A DNA stretch of 61,695 nucleotides, filler included, from 8 parts of 8 records of this genome joined end to end with filler, not necessarily neighbours in it, one strand, 5' to 3'. Positions 31,187-43,021 are shown, counted from the whole stretch's first letter. The notes: generated by a model not told the origin, from the sequence alone. A program made the numbers and translations.

Positions 31187-32871
31187 ATGGAAAATCTGAC
31201 CAAAGCATCTGAAACCAGATCCACCTTTTTTTTCGACCAGATGAACGCCATGCAAAACCTGATGTTCGGATTTACCCGGTACCATGCCGAATTTCTGATT
31301 CCCTACCTGATTTCCACCCTCTATTTCAGCCGCGCAGAAGCCGATCTGTTGAAAAAGGGATGCTGGGATACTGATGTATTGGGGGAATTTACAGATCTGA
31401 TGCGCTTAAATATCGACCTGTGGGGCAGATCCTTTTGCTGCACCGTCCAGGCCCTGGACGGATTTTTGGACAATGAAATCGACCAGTATTACCAGGCCCT
31501 GTCCAATCTGTGGTCCACGGGCCAGGGCCAGGCCTTAACCACCTTTTTGTCCCGCCAGTCCGCCATGATCTCGGGTGTGAGCCAGAACCTGCCCAGGGCG
31601 ATCCAGGAAATCGAACCGGAATACGGATTTCATTTTGAACAGGGAACCCACCCCCTGGTTGCCCAGACCCCGCGGTTTCTTCTTTACAGAATCATGCCCT
31701 CGGATCCCCAGGCGGTCCAGAATGAAAATGGAAAACCTGTTTTAATCGTCCCTCCATTTGTTCTGGGGAGCAATATCCTGGGGTTTTTGCCCGGGGAGAA
31801 AAAGAGCTATGCCCACAGCTTTGCCAACCAGGGAATCCCCACATATATCCGGATCATGAAGGATATCAGCACGACCCCGGCCTTCCAGAAGATGACCCTG
31901 GAAGAGGATGCCCTGGACACAAAATATTTCTGTGGAAAAATCATGGCCGCCCATGGCAAAAAAGTCACCCTGAACGGATACTGCCAGGGCGGATTCACCT
32001 GTCTGTGCAATATTCTGTCCGGAGAACTCGACCATGTGGTGGATGCATTTATCACCTGCGTGGCCCCCATGGACGGCACCCGGAGCAGGGGATTGGGCAA
32101 ATTCCTGGAAAGCCTCCCCCGGTTCAATAACCTGATCTACGGCACCAAGGTCCTGGCAAACGGAAACAAGGTTGCAGACGGCAAGCTCATGGGCTGGGTC
32201 TATAAGCTCAAAAGCATTGAAAGTGAATCCCCTGTGGTGGCTTTCTTAAGGGATATGCTCATGGTGGCCCACATGGAAAAATTTTCGGGCAAAATCAGCA
32301 AAACCGCTGCAGCATTGAACTTTTGGCTTCAAAATGAGCGGTCCGACATTCCTTTGGCCGTCACCGAAATGAGTTTTGCCTCCTATAATGTCCCTGTCAC
32401 CCGGAACGGCACCCTGCCGGTCACCCTGTTCGGAAAAGAACTGAACATCAAAGGGATTGAGGAAAAGAAGATCCCCTGGCTCCTCTGCTACGGGGAAAAT
32501 GACGACCTGGTGGAAAAAGAAACCGCCCTGGCGCCCCTGGATTACATCCAAGTGGAAACCGCCCCGTTTCCCAAGGGACATGTGGCCATTGCCACCTCCT
32601 GGTCCCACCCGGATTCGGACTATGCCCTGCACCACAGGTTCGGACCTGAAAACCGGCACAGGGGCCCGGTCCGCTTCCATCTGGACCTGGACCAGGACCT
32701 GAACCATAGGGCAGAGCAGGCAACGGCCAAAGAGACGGACACCCCATCAAAAAAGCCGGAAGAACCCATGCCGCCGAAAAAGGAGGTCAACCCCCAAAAG
32801 GTGAAAAACAATCCGGCCAGGGCAAAAACGGCAGCCAAAAAGACGGTGAAAAAAAGGCCACGCCGGCCAAA
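31187..32871 (+). CDS. Divergent PHA-synthase-like alpha/beta hydrolase with Lys/Ala/Pro-rich tail, 3' end truncated
   Basis: PVLIVPPFVLG, lipase-like box GYCQGG, DDLV and KGHVAI; tail AKTAAKKTVKKRPRR. Confidence 0.7.
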
Positions 32872-32971
32872 NNNNNNNNNNNNNNNNNNNNNNNNNNNNN
32901 NNNNNNNNNNNNNNNTTAATTAATTAANNNNNNNNNNNNNNNNNNNNNNNNNNNNNNNNNNNNNNNNNNNN

Positions 32972-34004
32972 TTTATAGATTCGCGTTCTCGAGCTCTTCA
33001 AGCAGGTATGGTCGCTGACCACGTAAAAGGTCACGCTTATAGAAGGTATAAGCTTCATAGAGGACGACAAGAGCAAGAATAAGACCGTTGACAAAGATCT
33101 GTACTTCAAACCCAAAGCCGAAGCAGCCGAAGCCATTGTTTACTGTCACAAGGAAGAGTACTGCGATAAAGCTTTTTAATATACTGCCTCTGCCGCCTGT
33201 CATCAGGGTACCACCGATAATAATTGCTGCGATTACCTGCATAAGTGTCTTGGTGCCGAGAATAGCATAAGCAGTCGATGATGCGAGTTTCATTGCAAAG
33301 ATTGCACCGCCTACAGCAGCAAGTCCATCACAGATTATAAAGCCTGCAATAATGTATCTGTCTCTGTTGAGACCTGCAAGCCATGCCGTCTCTGCATTAC
33401 CGCCGACCATGAAGAAACCTCGGCCGAAGCGTGTGCAGGTAAGCATAAAGGCAAAAACAAGAACAATAGCAATAGTAATAAGCGTGATAGGGGTAAGTAC
33501 ATTTAGTATCGGCAGTTCAGATATAGGCATCTCCAGCCAGTCTGCAATGTCATAATCATCTACTGACTTCGCTCCGCCGTCACAGTACCAGTGCATCAGT
33601 CCTCGTACAATAATCATGGTGCCGAGTGTTACAATAAATGAATTGATCTTTACCTTGGATACCAGTACGCCATTGACAAAACCTACTGCTACACCGGAAA
33701 GGATCGCTACTGTTGTACTGAGTGTCCAGCCGAGGGCTGGTTGGAGGCCGATAGTCAGCATACCTGAGAGCATCAATACTGAGCCGATTGACAGGTCAAT
33801 CTGTCCAAGAATAAAGATAATGGTAAAGCCGGCAGCACATATCCCACTCAGGCTTGAACCCATCAGAATCGTACGCACATTATACTCTGTTAAGAAGTTG
33901 CGGGCACCGGGATGGGAGGTAAAGAATAGCAGTGCAAAGAGTAGCATGAATAATGCTCTGTTTTTATCTAAAAAATGTACAATGTTGAATTCTTTTTTAC
34001 GCAT
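32972..34004 (-). CDS. Monosaccharide ABC permease (RbsC-type); stop lies at or beyond the contig edge
   Basis: GQIDLSIGS, INSFIVTLG and GGNAETAWLAG. Confidence 0.85.
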
Positions 34005-35061
34005 AGTCTTTCCCCTGTCTTCTTAACTGGTACTGGTGGAAACCGACAACAAGGATAAAGATTGATCCTGTAATAATATCCTGTTTGAACATATTGATAC
34101 CGATAAAGTTCATGATATTGGTTAGGAGGCCGATGACCAGCACTCCACCGAATACTCCGAACATATTACCACGTCCGCCAGACTGCATCATGCCACCGAT
34201 AACAACCGCAGTTACAGCTTTGAAATCATAACCTTGACCTAGATAGAACACTCCGAGTTTGTTCATGCTGGTGATGAAGATACCTGCAATACTGCCAAAG
34301 AATGCTGTTGCAAGGAATGCATAGAGTATGATGAGTTTGGTATTGATACCTGAGCTTTTGGCTGCTGCTTGTGATGAACCGAGCAGACGGCAGGAAAGAC
34401 CGAATTTTGTACGTGTTAGAATAAAGTGACACAAGATAAACATTACCAGCATCAGAATAACAATGAGTGGTATATAATCGATATTTGTACGGAATATGCC
34501 GATGAATTTTTCTGCATCGAGTGTATCCAGTCCATGTGCCTGTAGTACCTGATCCGGATAGAGCTGGGTGTTACTCCAGGTAAAGCGCATAAATCCTTCC
34601 ATAAAGTATACTACTGCAAGTGTCCAGAGGATCGGGTTGGCATTGAGCCAGCCGACAACAAGTCCGTTCATTGCGCCTATTGCCAGACCTGCTAGAATGC
34701 CGCAGATAAGCGCTGGGACAAAACCAAACGGCAGGCAGGCAACTGTTACTGTGCCGCTTAGAGCCATATAGGAAGGCAGGGAAAGGTCGCACCATTTACC
34801 TATGTAGACAATAAATGCCATACCGCAGGAAGCTATACCTAGAAGCGCAATATTACGGAGTACATTGAGCAGGTTGGCATAAGTAAAAAATTGAGTGTTG
34901 ACAAAACTGCCGATAATCAGCAGCAGAATTGCTATAAAATAAATACCCAGCATCTCATAAATTCTCAGCAGTAAATGCTGTTTGTTCTGGGTGAAGCGCT
35001 GACTGCTGTCGTCTAGTGCCGGATTGATACTGGCAGCGCTATTGCTGTTAATTTCATTCAT
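33997..35061 (-). CDS. Monosaccharide ABC permease (RbsC-type)
   Basis: Hydrophobic; GQGYDFKAVTAVVIGG..GGRG. Confidence 0.85.
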   Translation of the reverse strand: MNEINSNSAASINPALDDSSQRFTQNKQHLLLRIYEMLGIYFIAILLLIIGSFVNTQFFTYANLLNVLRNIALLGIASCGMAFIVYIGKWCDLSLPSYMALSGTVTVACLPFGFVPALICGILAGLAIGAMNGLVVGWLNANPILWTLAVVYFMEGFMRFTWSNTQLYPDQVLQAHGLDTLDAEKFIGIFRTNIDYIPLIVILMLVMFILCHFILTRTKFGLSCRLLGSSQAAAKSSGINTKLIILYAFLATAFFGSIAGIFITSMNKLGVFYLGQGYDFKAVTAVVIGGMMQSGGRGNMFGVFGGVLVIGLLTNIMNFIGINMFKQDIITGSIFILVVGFHQYQLRRQGKDYA

Positions 35062-35064
35062 TAT

Positions 35065-36567
35065 CTATATACCCTCCCCATTGGCTGCTAGTAGAATTGA
35101 CTCTTCTGTCAGAGCTGCCTTTTCCATTGAGCCTATCATATGTCCTTCTTTTAAAATCATTACTCTGTCAGCCAGACCAACCATCTCCGGCAGGTCACTG
35201 GTAAGCAGGATAACTGTCTTACCGTTATCAGCAAGTTCGATAATCGCATCATGGATAATTGATTTTGCACCAACATCAACACCTCGGGAAGGTTCGTCGA
35301 GAATTATGACTTCCGGATTACAGGCAAGGCATTTGGCTAGAAGAACCTTCTGCTGGTTACCACCACTTAAATTGCTGACACCGATTTTAGAGTTAGGGGG
35401 TTGGATGTATAACTTCTCAATCATTTCTTCAGTTACTTTGCCTTCATTACGCTTTGAGTATATTCCGGCAGAGCAGAAATCATTGAGTTTTGCTGCAAGG
35501 ATATTATTGCGCACCGGCAGGCGGAGAAAGAGTCCGTCATTCTTTCTGTCTTCTGAGAGATAGACAAGGCCGGCTTTGATAGCTTTTTCGTAAGAACCGA
35601 ATTTTATTACTTTGCCGTTCACCTCTGCTCGTCCACTATCCATCGGGTCGATACCGACAAGGCTGCGGGCAAATTCTGATCTGCCTGCTCCTGCCAGACC
35701 GACAACTCCCAGTATCTCTCCTTTGTAGGCATGGAAAGAAAGATCGTGGAAGAAACCTTTACGGGTGATATGCTCGACTACAAGAGCTTTTTCGTTGAGA
35801 ACTTTATTCTTGCGTTCTTTGTAAAATTCATTCATAGTCTTGCCGACCATCATATTTACCATATCAGCAGAAGTTACTTCGTCAATATTTTTTGTGGCAA
35901 TTTTTTTGCCGTCACGCATAACTGTGATACGGTCTGCGACTCTGAAAATCTCAGGTAGATGATGGGATATATAAACGATTGCCAGTCCTCTGGTTTTTAG
36001 ATCGTCTATAATGCTGAAAAGTTTCTCCACCTCAGTTCGTGAAAGTGATGAAGTAGGTTCGTCCATAACCAGAATAGAAGGGTTATGACTCATTACCTTG
36101 GCTATCTCTACCAGCTGTGCTTCATGCTGGGATATATCTTCTACTAATGTAAATGGATCAAGTTCAAGACCGACAGTCTGGAGAATCTTCTTGGTCTCAG
36201 TGCGGATCTTCTTATAGTCGAGCATAAGAAAATTCTTCTTGGGCAGTCTGCCTACAAGTACGTTTTCCGCAATTGTTATTGGTCTGGCAAGTGACAGTTC
36301 CTGATAAATCATGCCTACACCATTATTGATAGCATCTGAGGGTGTATGCAGATTAACTTGCTGACCGTTGATCATGATATCACCAGTATAGTCTGAGAAT
36401 GACCCAGCAAGCATCTTCATCAATGTCGACTTGCCTGCCCCATTCTCTCCCAGCAATGCGTGAACCTCGCCCTGACGTACTTCAAAATCAACGCTGTCAA
36501 CTGCAAGTGTGCCGGGAAAGGATTTTGTTACTTTACGCATTCTCAATGAAACACGTTCTTTACTCAT
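35065..36567 (-). CDS. Monosaccharide ABC transporter ATP-binding protein (RbsA-type)
   Basis: GENGAGKS, DEPT and LSGGNQQK. Confidence 0.9.
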   Translation of the reverse strand: MSKERVSLRMRKVTKSFPGTLAVDSVDFEVRQGEVHALLGENGAGKSTLMKMLAGSFSDYTGDIMINGQQVNLHTPSDAINNGVGMIYQELSLARPITIAENVLVGRLPKKNFLMLDYKKIRTETKKILQTVGLELDPFTLVEDISQHEAQLVEIAKVMSHNPSILVMDEPTSSLSRTEVEKLFSIIDDLKTRGLAIVYISHHLPEIFRVADRITVMRDGKKIATKNIDEVTSADMVNMMVGKTMNEFYKERKNKVLNEKALVVEHITRKGFFHDLSFHAYKGEILGVVGLAGAGRSEFARSLVGIDPMDSGRAEVNGKVIKFGSYEKAIKAGLVYLSEDRKNDGLFLRLPVRNNILAAKLNDFCSAGIYSKRNEGKVTEEMIEKLYIQPPNSKIGVSNLSGGNQQKVLLAKCLACNPEVIILDEPSRGVDVGAKSIIHDAIIELADNGKTVILLTSDLPEMVGLADRVMILKEGHMIGSMEKAALTEESILLAANGEGI

Positions 36568-36616
36568 CTCTTTCTCTCTCTCTTCTCTGTGTTTAATTAA
36601 TTGCTTTATTATGAGT

Positions 36617-37806
36617 TCAAACTGTCTGTATGGAATTTAGTTCAGGGATATCTTCTGCACCAAGGTTGAGCGGGTATTTGCCATATTCTCTGACTAGTTT
36701 TACAACATAGTCATAATTCTCAGGGCTTACTGAGTCAGGAACGCTGTGGTCTGACTGGAAAATAAGTCCTCCGCCTTTAGCGGCATTGAGCTTACGTAAT
36801 ACATACTTTTTCAGTTCTGGTTTTTCCAGATCCGCCCACTTCATGACATCCATATTACCGACAAAGGCAAGCTTGTCCCGATAATCAGTTTTCAGGTCTA
36901 CTACATCCAGTCCTGCTTTGCTCTCTACAGGGTTGTAACCATCAAGACCGATCTCAATAAGGTCTTTGTATATTGGTGTCGCATTACCACAACTATGATA
37001 AATTACCTCAAGATTATGTTTGTGGCATAGCTCTATAAGTGACGCAAGGATCGGTTTGAAGAACTGACGCCAGTGGTCTGGTGAGAAGAGCATGGCATTT
37101 ACATAGGCTACATCTCCCCATATAACCATACCTGAAAGCATGCCTTCGGCAGCCTTGATCTGCTCTTCACATATACGGTATACAAAATCTCCAACCTTCT
37201 TGAGAAATCTTCCAAGTTCTTCAGGGTGTAGAATCATCCACATATAGATATTCTCAGCCCCGATAATTCTCCAGCCCTCTTCCATTCCTTCACAGATAGA
37301 ACCGAAAATAGGGAAGTCTTCATAATTCTCTTTTACTGTCTCTATCCATGCAGGGGTGTTGCGGGTAATGCGGTCGCCAACTCCGACAATCTGGTTGTCG
37401 CCAGCACTGAAATATCTGCGTGGATCAGCCGGATCATCAAACTCAAATGCTTCCATCTTCTCAACTGTATCTGTGTGGAACTTGATGAAGGCTGGCATAG
37501 TGACACTTTCACTCACCATGATGTCTGCTTCAAAGCCTGTTCTTACAACTGTTCTTTCTGGTGACTTTTCAATATACTCAAACTCTTTGATATGCGGATC
37601 CATGTTAGGAGTTATGCAGCGCCAGTCCAGATCATAGTAGCGGTAGATATCTGCATCATCTGGAAGATTGTAATGCTTTTTCCAGTTTTCTAAAAATCTG
37701 TCCAGAAAAAATCTGACACAGGTATCTGGTCTGGTTCCTGATGGTGTAGAGCCTTATGTACTCTCTCCATTTTCTTTAAACAATTTGCACTCTGTTTTAA
37801 ATTCAT
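36617..37806 (-). CDS. URO-D / MtaA-like family TIM-barrel protein, frameshift near 37700
   Basis: N-terminus MNLKQ..ERVHKALHHQEPDQIPVSDFFW joins ORF 36617-37603; WGDVA, YHSCG, GGGLIFQSDHSVP. Confidence 0.75.
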
Positions 37807-37971
37807 AACTTGCTTTCTCTCAAACTTATCTGGGCAGCTTTATTCTGTTTTTTTGCGGTATTGGAATTACTTACTTAAAATCAACTCTTACTTTACTTAC
37901 TCAAGTATAATTATTATAGCAATTGCATAATATAAATATATTTTTGATACAAATTTGTATATTAACTTTGA

Positions 37972-38304
37972 TTAATCAAGGTGGAAGACTTCTTGCATCT
38001 TTGCCCACCATTCTCCGTCTTCTCTGGTTTCAAGTGGCTGCTGCATAGGGCACATTAATTCCCACCACTCCTGGGTCTTGGGGTCTGCAGCCATCTTTGC
38101 CATATCAGCTTCAAAGTCTGTACCTGTGTATTCAAAATATGCGAAGAGGTAATCATCTTTGAGGTAAATTGAGTAGTTGCTGATATTGCACTCTTTGATC
38201 ATGCTGTTAATCTCTTTCCATGGATTAGCATGATGATAGATATAGTCTTCTTTTTTGGCAGGGTCTATTTTTATGACCTGCCCGTAACGTGTAATGTCTG
38301 ACAT
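37972..38304 (-). CDS. L-rhamnose/L-fucose mutarotase family protein
   Basis: YIYHHANPW, NISNYSIYL, TQEWW and WWAKMQEVFHLD. Confidence 0.85.
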   Translation of the reverse strand: MSDITRYGQVIKIDPAKKEDYIYHHANPWKEINSMIKECNISNYSIYLKDDYLFAYFEYTGTDFEADMAKMAADPKTQEWWELMCPMQQPLETREDGEWWAKMQEVFHLD

Positions 38305-39045
38305 GGGTTCTCTCTCTCACTTTTGCTTCAAAGATGTTTGACTCTGGTTTATGGTATATTTGTAAATTCAAATATGTTGCTGAACTGATTGTCACTTGAA
38401 AGTATGGTGGTTAAAGTTTAAACTGTTATTCCAAACGTATTTTATCGGTAGCCTTCTGTAATGATCAAATACGCATTATTAACACTGTGTGGTTAAAATT
38501 TAATCTCATAATGTTTAAAAGTTTGTTTGTTAACTGCTTAATTTGATAATAACACATAGGATGCTTTAGTCAAATTTTTTTCATTATAAAAAGTTTAAAT
38601 TTTAGCAGAATAGGTTAACGTTTTAAAATAAATGTAATGAAAAAGCCTGATAATTAAGAGTATATCTTACAGTAGTTATAAATTTTAGGATATTTTAAAA
38701 AAAATGTAAGGTTAAAGTTTGCTTAAAGGAGAATATGTATTATGATTAAAATATAAAAAAATATTTCAACGAAGCTGAAAGTTTAATATTTTTAAATTTA
38801 ATTGGAGTTAAAAAAGTATATGTGCTACAATATCTAGGGATCGCGAGTTAAATAAGATTGATTGGCGCAAATTATACTTCTAGTTTAAATTATCACTGTC
38901 TGTCTTTGTGTTTAAGAAGAAGATTTAGTCTGTTTAATTGTGTTGATATAACAATCTTTTGCATACTTGTATACTGAATTATTTTGCTTAGAATAGTGTG
39001 ATATTGTGGTTGTTTAAATATTAACCTGTATACACGAGGGAGTAT

Positions 39046-40077
39046 ATGGCTGAAAAAAAGATTACTCTGAGTGATGTTGCGGAAGCAGCAAATGTTTCTA
39101 TTGCTACTGCATCTATGGCTTTTTCAGGTAAAGGAAGAATATCTAAAGAGGTAGCTGAGAAGGTTCGGGCTATTGGGGAGGAGCTTGGGTATCAGATCAA
39201 GCTTTCTTCAGTGATTTCCAGAGGGAAGAGTAAGTGTATTTCGCTACTTTTGCTGACTGATAAAAAATGGGCGTATCTCTGGTATATGGAGCAGCGCATT
39301 GTGAGGGAGCTTGAGGTGCAGCTGGCAGAGCAGGATTATACGCTGGTGTTGGTGCCTATTACTGAGGCGGATTCAGACAGGCGGATTGTTGAGAAGGTTC
39401 TGGCGACTGATTCTTGTGGGGTTATCTCTATTCATTATGGTAACCTTGGGTTGTTTCGTGAATTTGAAAAGATGAAAATGCCGGTAACTCTCGTTATGAA
39501 TAGTGATTATCAGGGGCAGATCAACTCTATATGTGTTGATGATTTTCAGGGCGCATACTCTGCCACCAGGCATCTGTTGGATAAGGGGCATACTGATATT
39601 GCGTTTGTTGAATATGTAAAAAGTCCGGTGAATTCTATTATGATGGACAGGTATATTGGATTTGAAAAAGCGCTTCTTGAGTATGGCATAGAGCATAATT
39701 CTCGGTGGCGGCTCAGGGTGGATGTAAATGAGAGGGAAGACTTTGTTGCGGCTGTGGAGGGTTTGTTTCGCAGAGACAAGGTGCCGAGCGCTATATTTGC
39801 AATTGATGATTATATCGGGGCGCATTTCATCAAGGTTATGGAAGAGATAGATTATAAAATACCGGAGTATTTTTCTATTATATCTCCTGGTGATGTCCTG
39901 GATTATGATGTCTTCTTTTTGCCGAATATAACCACCATGAGTATTAATTTTGAGCAGATGGCGAGGTTGACAGTAGATATGATTATGGGATTGCTTGCCG
40001 ATATGGATGCTCCTGTGCCGTCACTCAAGGTTGAGCTTAAATTGATTGATAGGGGTAGTATTAAACAAAAAATATAA
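39046..40077 (+). CDS. LacI-family transcriptional regulator
   Basis: ITLSDVAEAANVSIATAS HTH; DDFQGAY..T.HL. Confidence 0.9.
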   Translation: MAEKKITLSDVAEAANVSIATASMAFSGKGRISKEVAEKVRAIGEELGYQIKLSSVISRGKSKCISLLLLTDKKWAYLWYMEQRIVRELEVQLAEQDYTLVLVPITEADSDRRIVEKVLATDSCGVISIHYGNLGLFREFEKMKMPVTLVMNSDYQGQINSICVDDFQGAYSATRHLLDKGHTDIAFVEYVKSPVNSIMMDRYIGFEKALLEYGIEHNSRWRLRVDVNEREDFVAAVEGLFRRDKVPSAIFAIDDYIGAHFIKVMEEIDYKIPEYFSIISPGDVLDYDVFFLPNITTMSINFEQMARLTVDMIMGLLADMDAPVPSLKVELKLIDRGSIKQKI

Positions 40078-40152
40078 GTATTTCACCCGTAGCAGAGATT
40101 GATAGTTATTTGGTTTAATATATTTATTAAGAGAAAGATACAGGCAGTGTAT

Positions 40153-41217
40153 ATGCAGGAAAACAGCAAAGAGAGTGTGGCTAGAACAGCGAAGAAGACA
40201 ACACAGAAGGATGTTGCTATGGCTGCTGATGTCTCTATTGCTACGGTGTCTATGGCAATTGCCGATTCACCTAAAATACCGGATGAGACGAAGAAGAAGG
40301 TTCTTAAAGTAGCAAAAGAGCTGAATTATCAGATTCTGCAGAAAAATAAATCGCGCTATCAGAAAGTAGAGCATAATATAGGTTTGCTTGTGGATGCCAG
40401 TAAAGAGAATTCGCATATATGGACGTTTCTGCGGGTGATGACCGAGGCGCTTTCCAAAGAGGTGCAGATACGGGACTGCACCTTTGTTATGCTACCGATA
40501 TTTCCTTCATTAAGTAAGGATGATGTTCTGAAAATGATTATGCGGTCTGGTGTTTCAGGGGTTATTTCTTTTGTGTATTCCGAAGAGTCTGTGTTGATTG
40601 AACTGGAAGAGCAGGGTATTCCGGTGGTGCTTACTTTTAATGAGCAGCGTCCGGAGGGTTTTTTCTATGTCGGGCATGATGATTTTCAGGGAGCTTACGA
40701 AGCGACAGTCTATCTTTTGAGGTTAAAGCATAGGAAAATTGCGTATGTTTATGCGAAGAGGAATAATCTGCCGTTTCTGCGTAGTAACCGCTTTGTCGGA
40801 TATAAGAAAGCTCTTGATGAGTGGGGGATTGGGGTTAATTCTGATCATATAATACATTATGAACAGAGTGATATTGCAGAAATTACTAAAGAGATTCTTG
40901 CGCTTCTTGCTACTCCGGAAGCACCGACAGCTTTTCTCTGTCTTGATGATAATATAGCTATTTCTCTCAAGGCTTTGCTGGAGAAAGCTGGTTATAGCAT
41001 TCCTGATGATCTTTCGATTATTGCTCATGGTGACAGTATTGATTATTCGAATCCTCTCAGTCCTCAGATCAGTACTATGTGTACAGATCTTGAGTTGAGC
41101 TCGAGTATATGTTGTAATATTCTCTTCAATCGTTTTGAGAATCCGCAGAACAGTTATAGTTCTATCAAGACCAGGGAGATACTTATCGAGCGTGGCTCCT
41201 GCGCTGAAAACAAATAA
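40153..41217 (+). CDS. LacI-family transcriptional regulator (tandem paralogue)
   Basis: TQKDVAMAADVSIATVS HTH; DDFQGAYEAT; IPDDLSII. Confidence 0.9.
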   Translation: MQENSKESVARTAKKTTQKDVAMAADVSIATVSMAIADSPKIPDETKKKVLKVAKELNYQILQKNKSRYQKVEHNIGLLVDASKENSHIWTFLRVMTEALSKEVQIRDCTFVMLPIFPSLSKDDVLKMIMRSGVSGVISFVYSEESVLIELEEQGIPVVLTFNEQRPEGFFYVGHDDFQGAYEATVYLLRLKHRKIAYVYAKRNNLPFLRSNRFVGYKKALDEWGIGVNSDHIIHYEQSDIAEITKEILALLATPEAPTAFLCLDDNIAISLKALLEKAGYSIPDDLSIIAHGDSIDYSNPLSPQISTMCTDLELSSSICCNILFNRFENPQNSYSSIKTREILIERGSCAENK

Positions 41218-41240
41218 TAGGTGAAATAATAATAATTAGT

Positions 41241-41283
41241 TAAGAAATGCAGGGATGCCGATGAGGTTTTCCTGCATTTCTTA
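41241..41283 (+). terminator. Hairpin after the second LacI gene
   Basis: TAAGAAATGCAGG...CCTGCATTTCTTA, 13-bp inverted repeat. Confidence 0.6.
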
Positions 41284-41566
41284 GTATAGCATGGTATGGT
41301 AATTGTCTGATAATTAAACTTTGGGGCGGTTTTAATTTAATTTTATGGCTAATTTAAATTAAAAATGGTGAAAATAATTTGACTAAGGGTTTTAAGGAGG
41401 TAGAATACAAGTACTTACTTTCAAACTTATCGTGGTCTGTATTGGATTATAAGCATTGCGGAATGTTTATATGTATCAGTACTGTGATCTTAAAATCAAT
41501 TTTTCTATTACTCAAGCATAAAGGAGAGAGTACTAACAGATAAAGAAAGGTAAAGAGGTAATTAAT

Positions 41567-42877
41567 ATGCTACATGATCCTAGTCATTGTCCTGTCATGC
41601 CGATAGCACGTGAGATAAAGCTGGAGGATGATGAAAAGAGAGTACTTCGTGGTCTTGCTGCCAAACTTGCTGAATATGCGGCTGACCCTGTAAATAAAAG
41701 CAGAGCAGAGGACTGGCGCAGACTCAATGATCTCGAACCGGTTCGTCCGCTGGTCTGGGTAAATGAAATACCCTGGCATGAGATGAATTATAATGACGAG
41801 CTTACTCTGCAGACTAGAGACCCCTGGGCGAGAGAGCATGAGCTTGACTTGCGAAAGAAGATCTATCAGTGGGAGCATCTGCAGGGCGATATGGTTCTTG
41901 ATCCGTTTATGCCGTGTGAGAAAGCTATTTATTCATCAGACTTTGGAATTTTGGAAGAGTGTGAAGTTGCGAGGACAGATGATGAGAATGAAATTTATTC
42001 CAGACATTTCAAAATTCAGATTGCAGAGCCGGAAGATCTGGAGAAGATCAAGATGCCTGAAGTGCTGCACAATCAGGAAGTCACAGATATAACCTTTGCA
42101 GCAATGCAGGATCTGTATCGTGATATTATGCCGGTAAAACAGGTTGGGCAGACTCATATCTGGTATACCCCGTGGGATTACCTGATTCGCTGGTGGGGAG
42201 TGCAGGAAGCGATGATGGATATGGTGCTTCGGCCTGAGATGGTCAATGCAGCGGTTGCTAAGATGACTGATGCATGGATGGTAGAGCTTGATCAGATGGT
42301 TGAGCAGAACCTGTTGTCTCTTGATTGCAATAACACACGTGTTGGTTCTGGCGGTTATGGTTATACTAAGGATATGCCGGGTGATGATTTTGATCCGGAA
42401 TATGTCAAACCGCATAATATGTGGGGCTGTTCTAATGCGCAGATATTCAGTGAGATTTCTCCGGCAATGCATGACGAGTTTGCGGTTGAGCATGACTTGC
42501 GTTGGCTCTCCAGGTGGAAGCATACGTATTATGGTTGCTGTGAGCCGCTTGATAAAAAGATGGATATCCTTAAGAAGATTCCTAATCTGCGTAAGATTTC
42601 AACAAGTCCATGGGTTGATATTGATAACATGATAAAGAATGTCGGTAATGATTATGTTATGAGTCGCAAACCTAATCCGGCAATTCTAGCTACAACTACC
42701 TACAATGAAGCGCAGGCCGAGAAGGAGTTGCGAGAATTTCTTGATCCAGCCCGTGGGTTGTCTGTTGAGTTGATTATGAAGGATATCTCGACTGTCTGTT
42801 ATGAGCCGGAGCGTCTCTGGAAATGGACTGAGATGACTTCACGTATTGCTCAGGAATATGATGTAAGTTATGTCTGA
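41567..42877 (+). CDS. URO-D/methyltransferase-fold protein of unknown function
   Basis: WWGVQEAMMDMVLRPE, ISPAMHDEF, YYGCCEPL, IPNLRKIS.SPW and SRKPNP. Confidence 0.65.
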   Translation: MLHDPSHCPVMPIAREIKLEDDEKRVLRGLAAKLAEYAADPVNKSRAEDWRRLNDLEPVRPLVWVNEIPWHEMNYNDELTLQTRDPWAREHELDLRKKIYQWEHLQGDMVLDPFMPCEKAIYSSDFGILEECEVARTDDENEIYSRHFKIQIAEPEDLEKIKMPEVLHNQEVTDITFAAMQDLYRDIMPVKQVGQTHIWYTPWDYLIRWWGVQEAMMDMVLRPEMVNAAVAKMTDAWMVELDQMVEQNLLSLDCNNTRVGSGGYGYTKDMPGDDFDPEYVKPHNMWGCSNAQIFSEISPAMHDEFAVEHDLRWLSRWKHTYYGCCEPLDKKMDILKKIPNLRKISTSPWVDIDNMIKNVGNDYVMSRKPNPAILATTTYNEAQAEKELREFLDPARGLSVELIMKDISTVCYEPERLWKWTEMTSRIAQEYDVSYV

Positions 42878-42929
42878 CAGGCTGGAATTAAATACGGATT
42901 ATTTTTCTGTATGCTGGTGATTTTATAAT

Positions 42930-42977
42930 ATAGCTCGTGAAGAAGTTCCTTGCAGGACTTCTTCACGAGCTATTTTT
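42930..42977 (+). terminator. Strong Rho-independent terminator
   Basis: ATAGCTCGTGAAGAAG...CTTCTTCACGAGCTAT, 16-bp perfect stem followed by TTTT. Confidence 0.75.
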
Positions 42978-43021
42978 ATATTATTAATAGAGCTTGCTAA
43001 TGCATTTGAGAAAGGTATTGC

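Noticed and set aside
38305-39045. Long AT-rich ORF-free region with several GTTTAAA motifs as ncRNA or LacI operators
   Set aside because: Consistent with an ordinary divergent promoter region; the motifs are too low in complexity to call in such AT-rich DNA.
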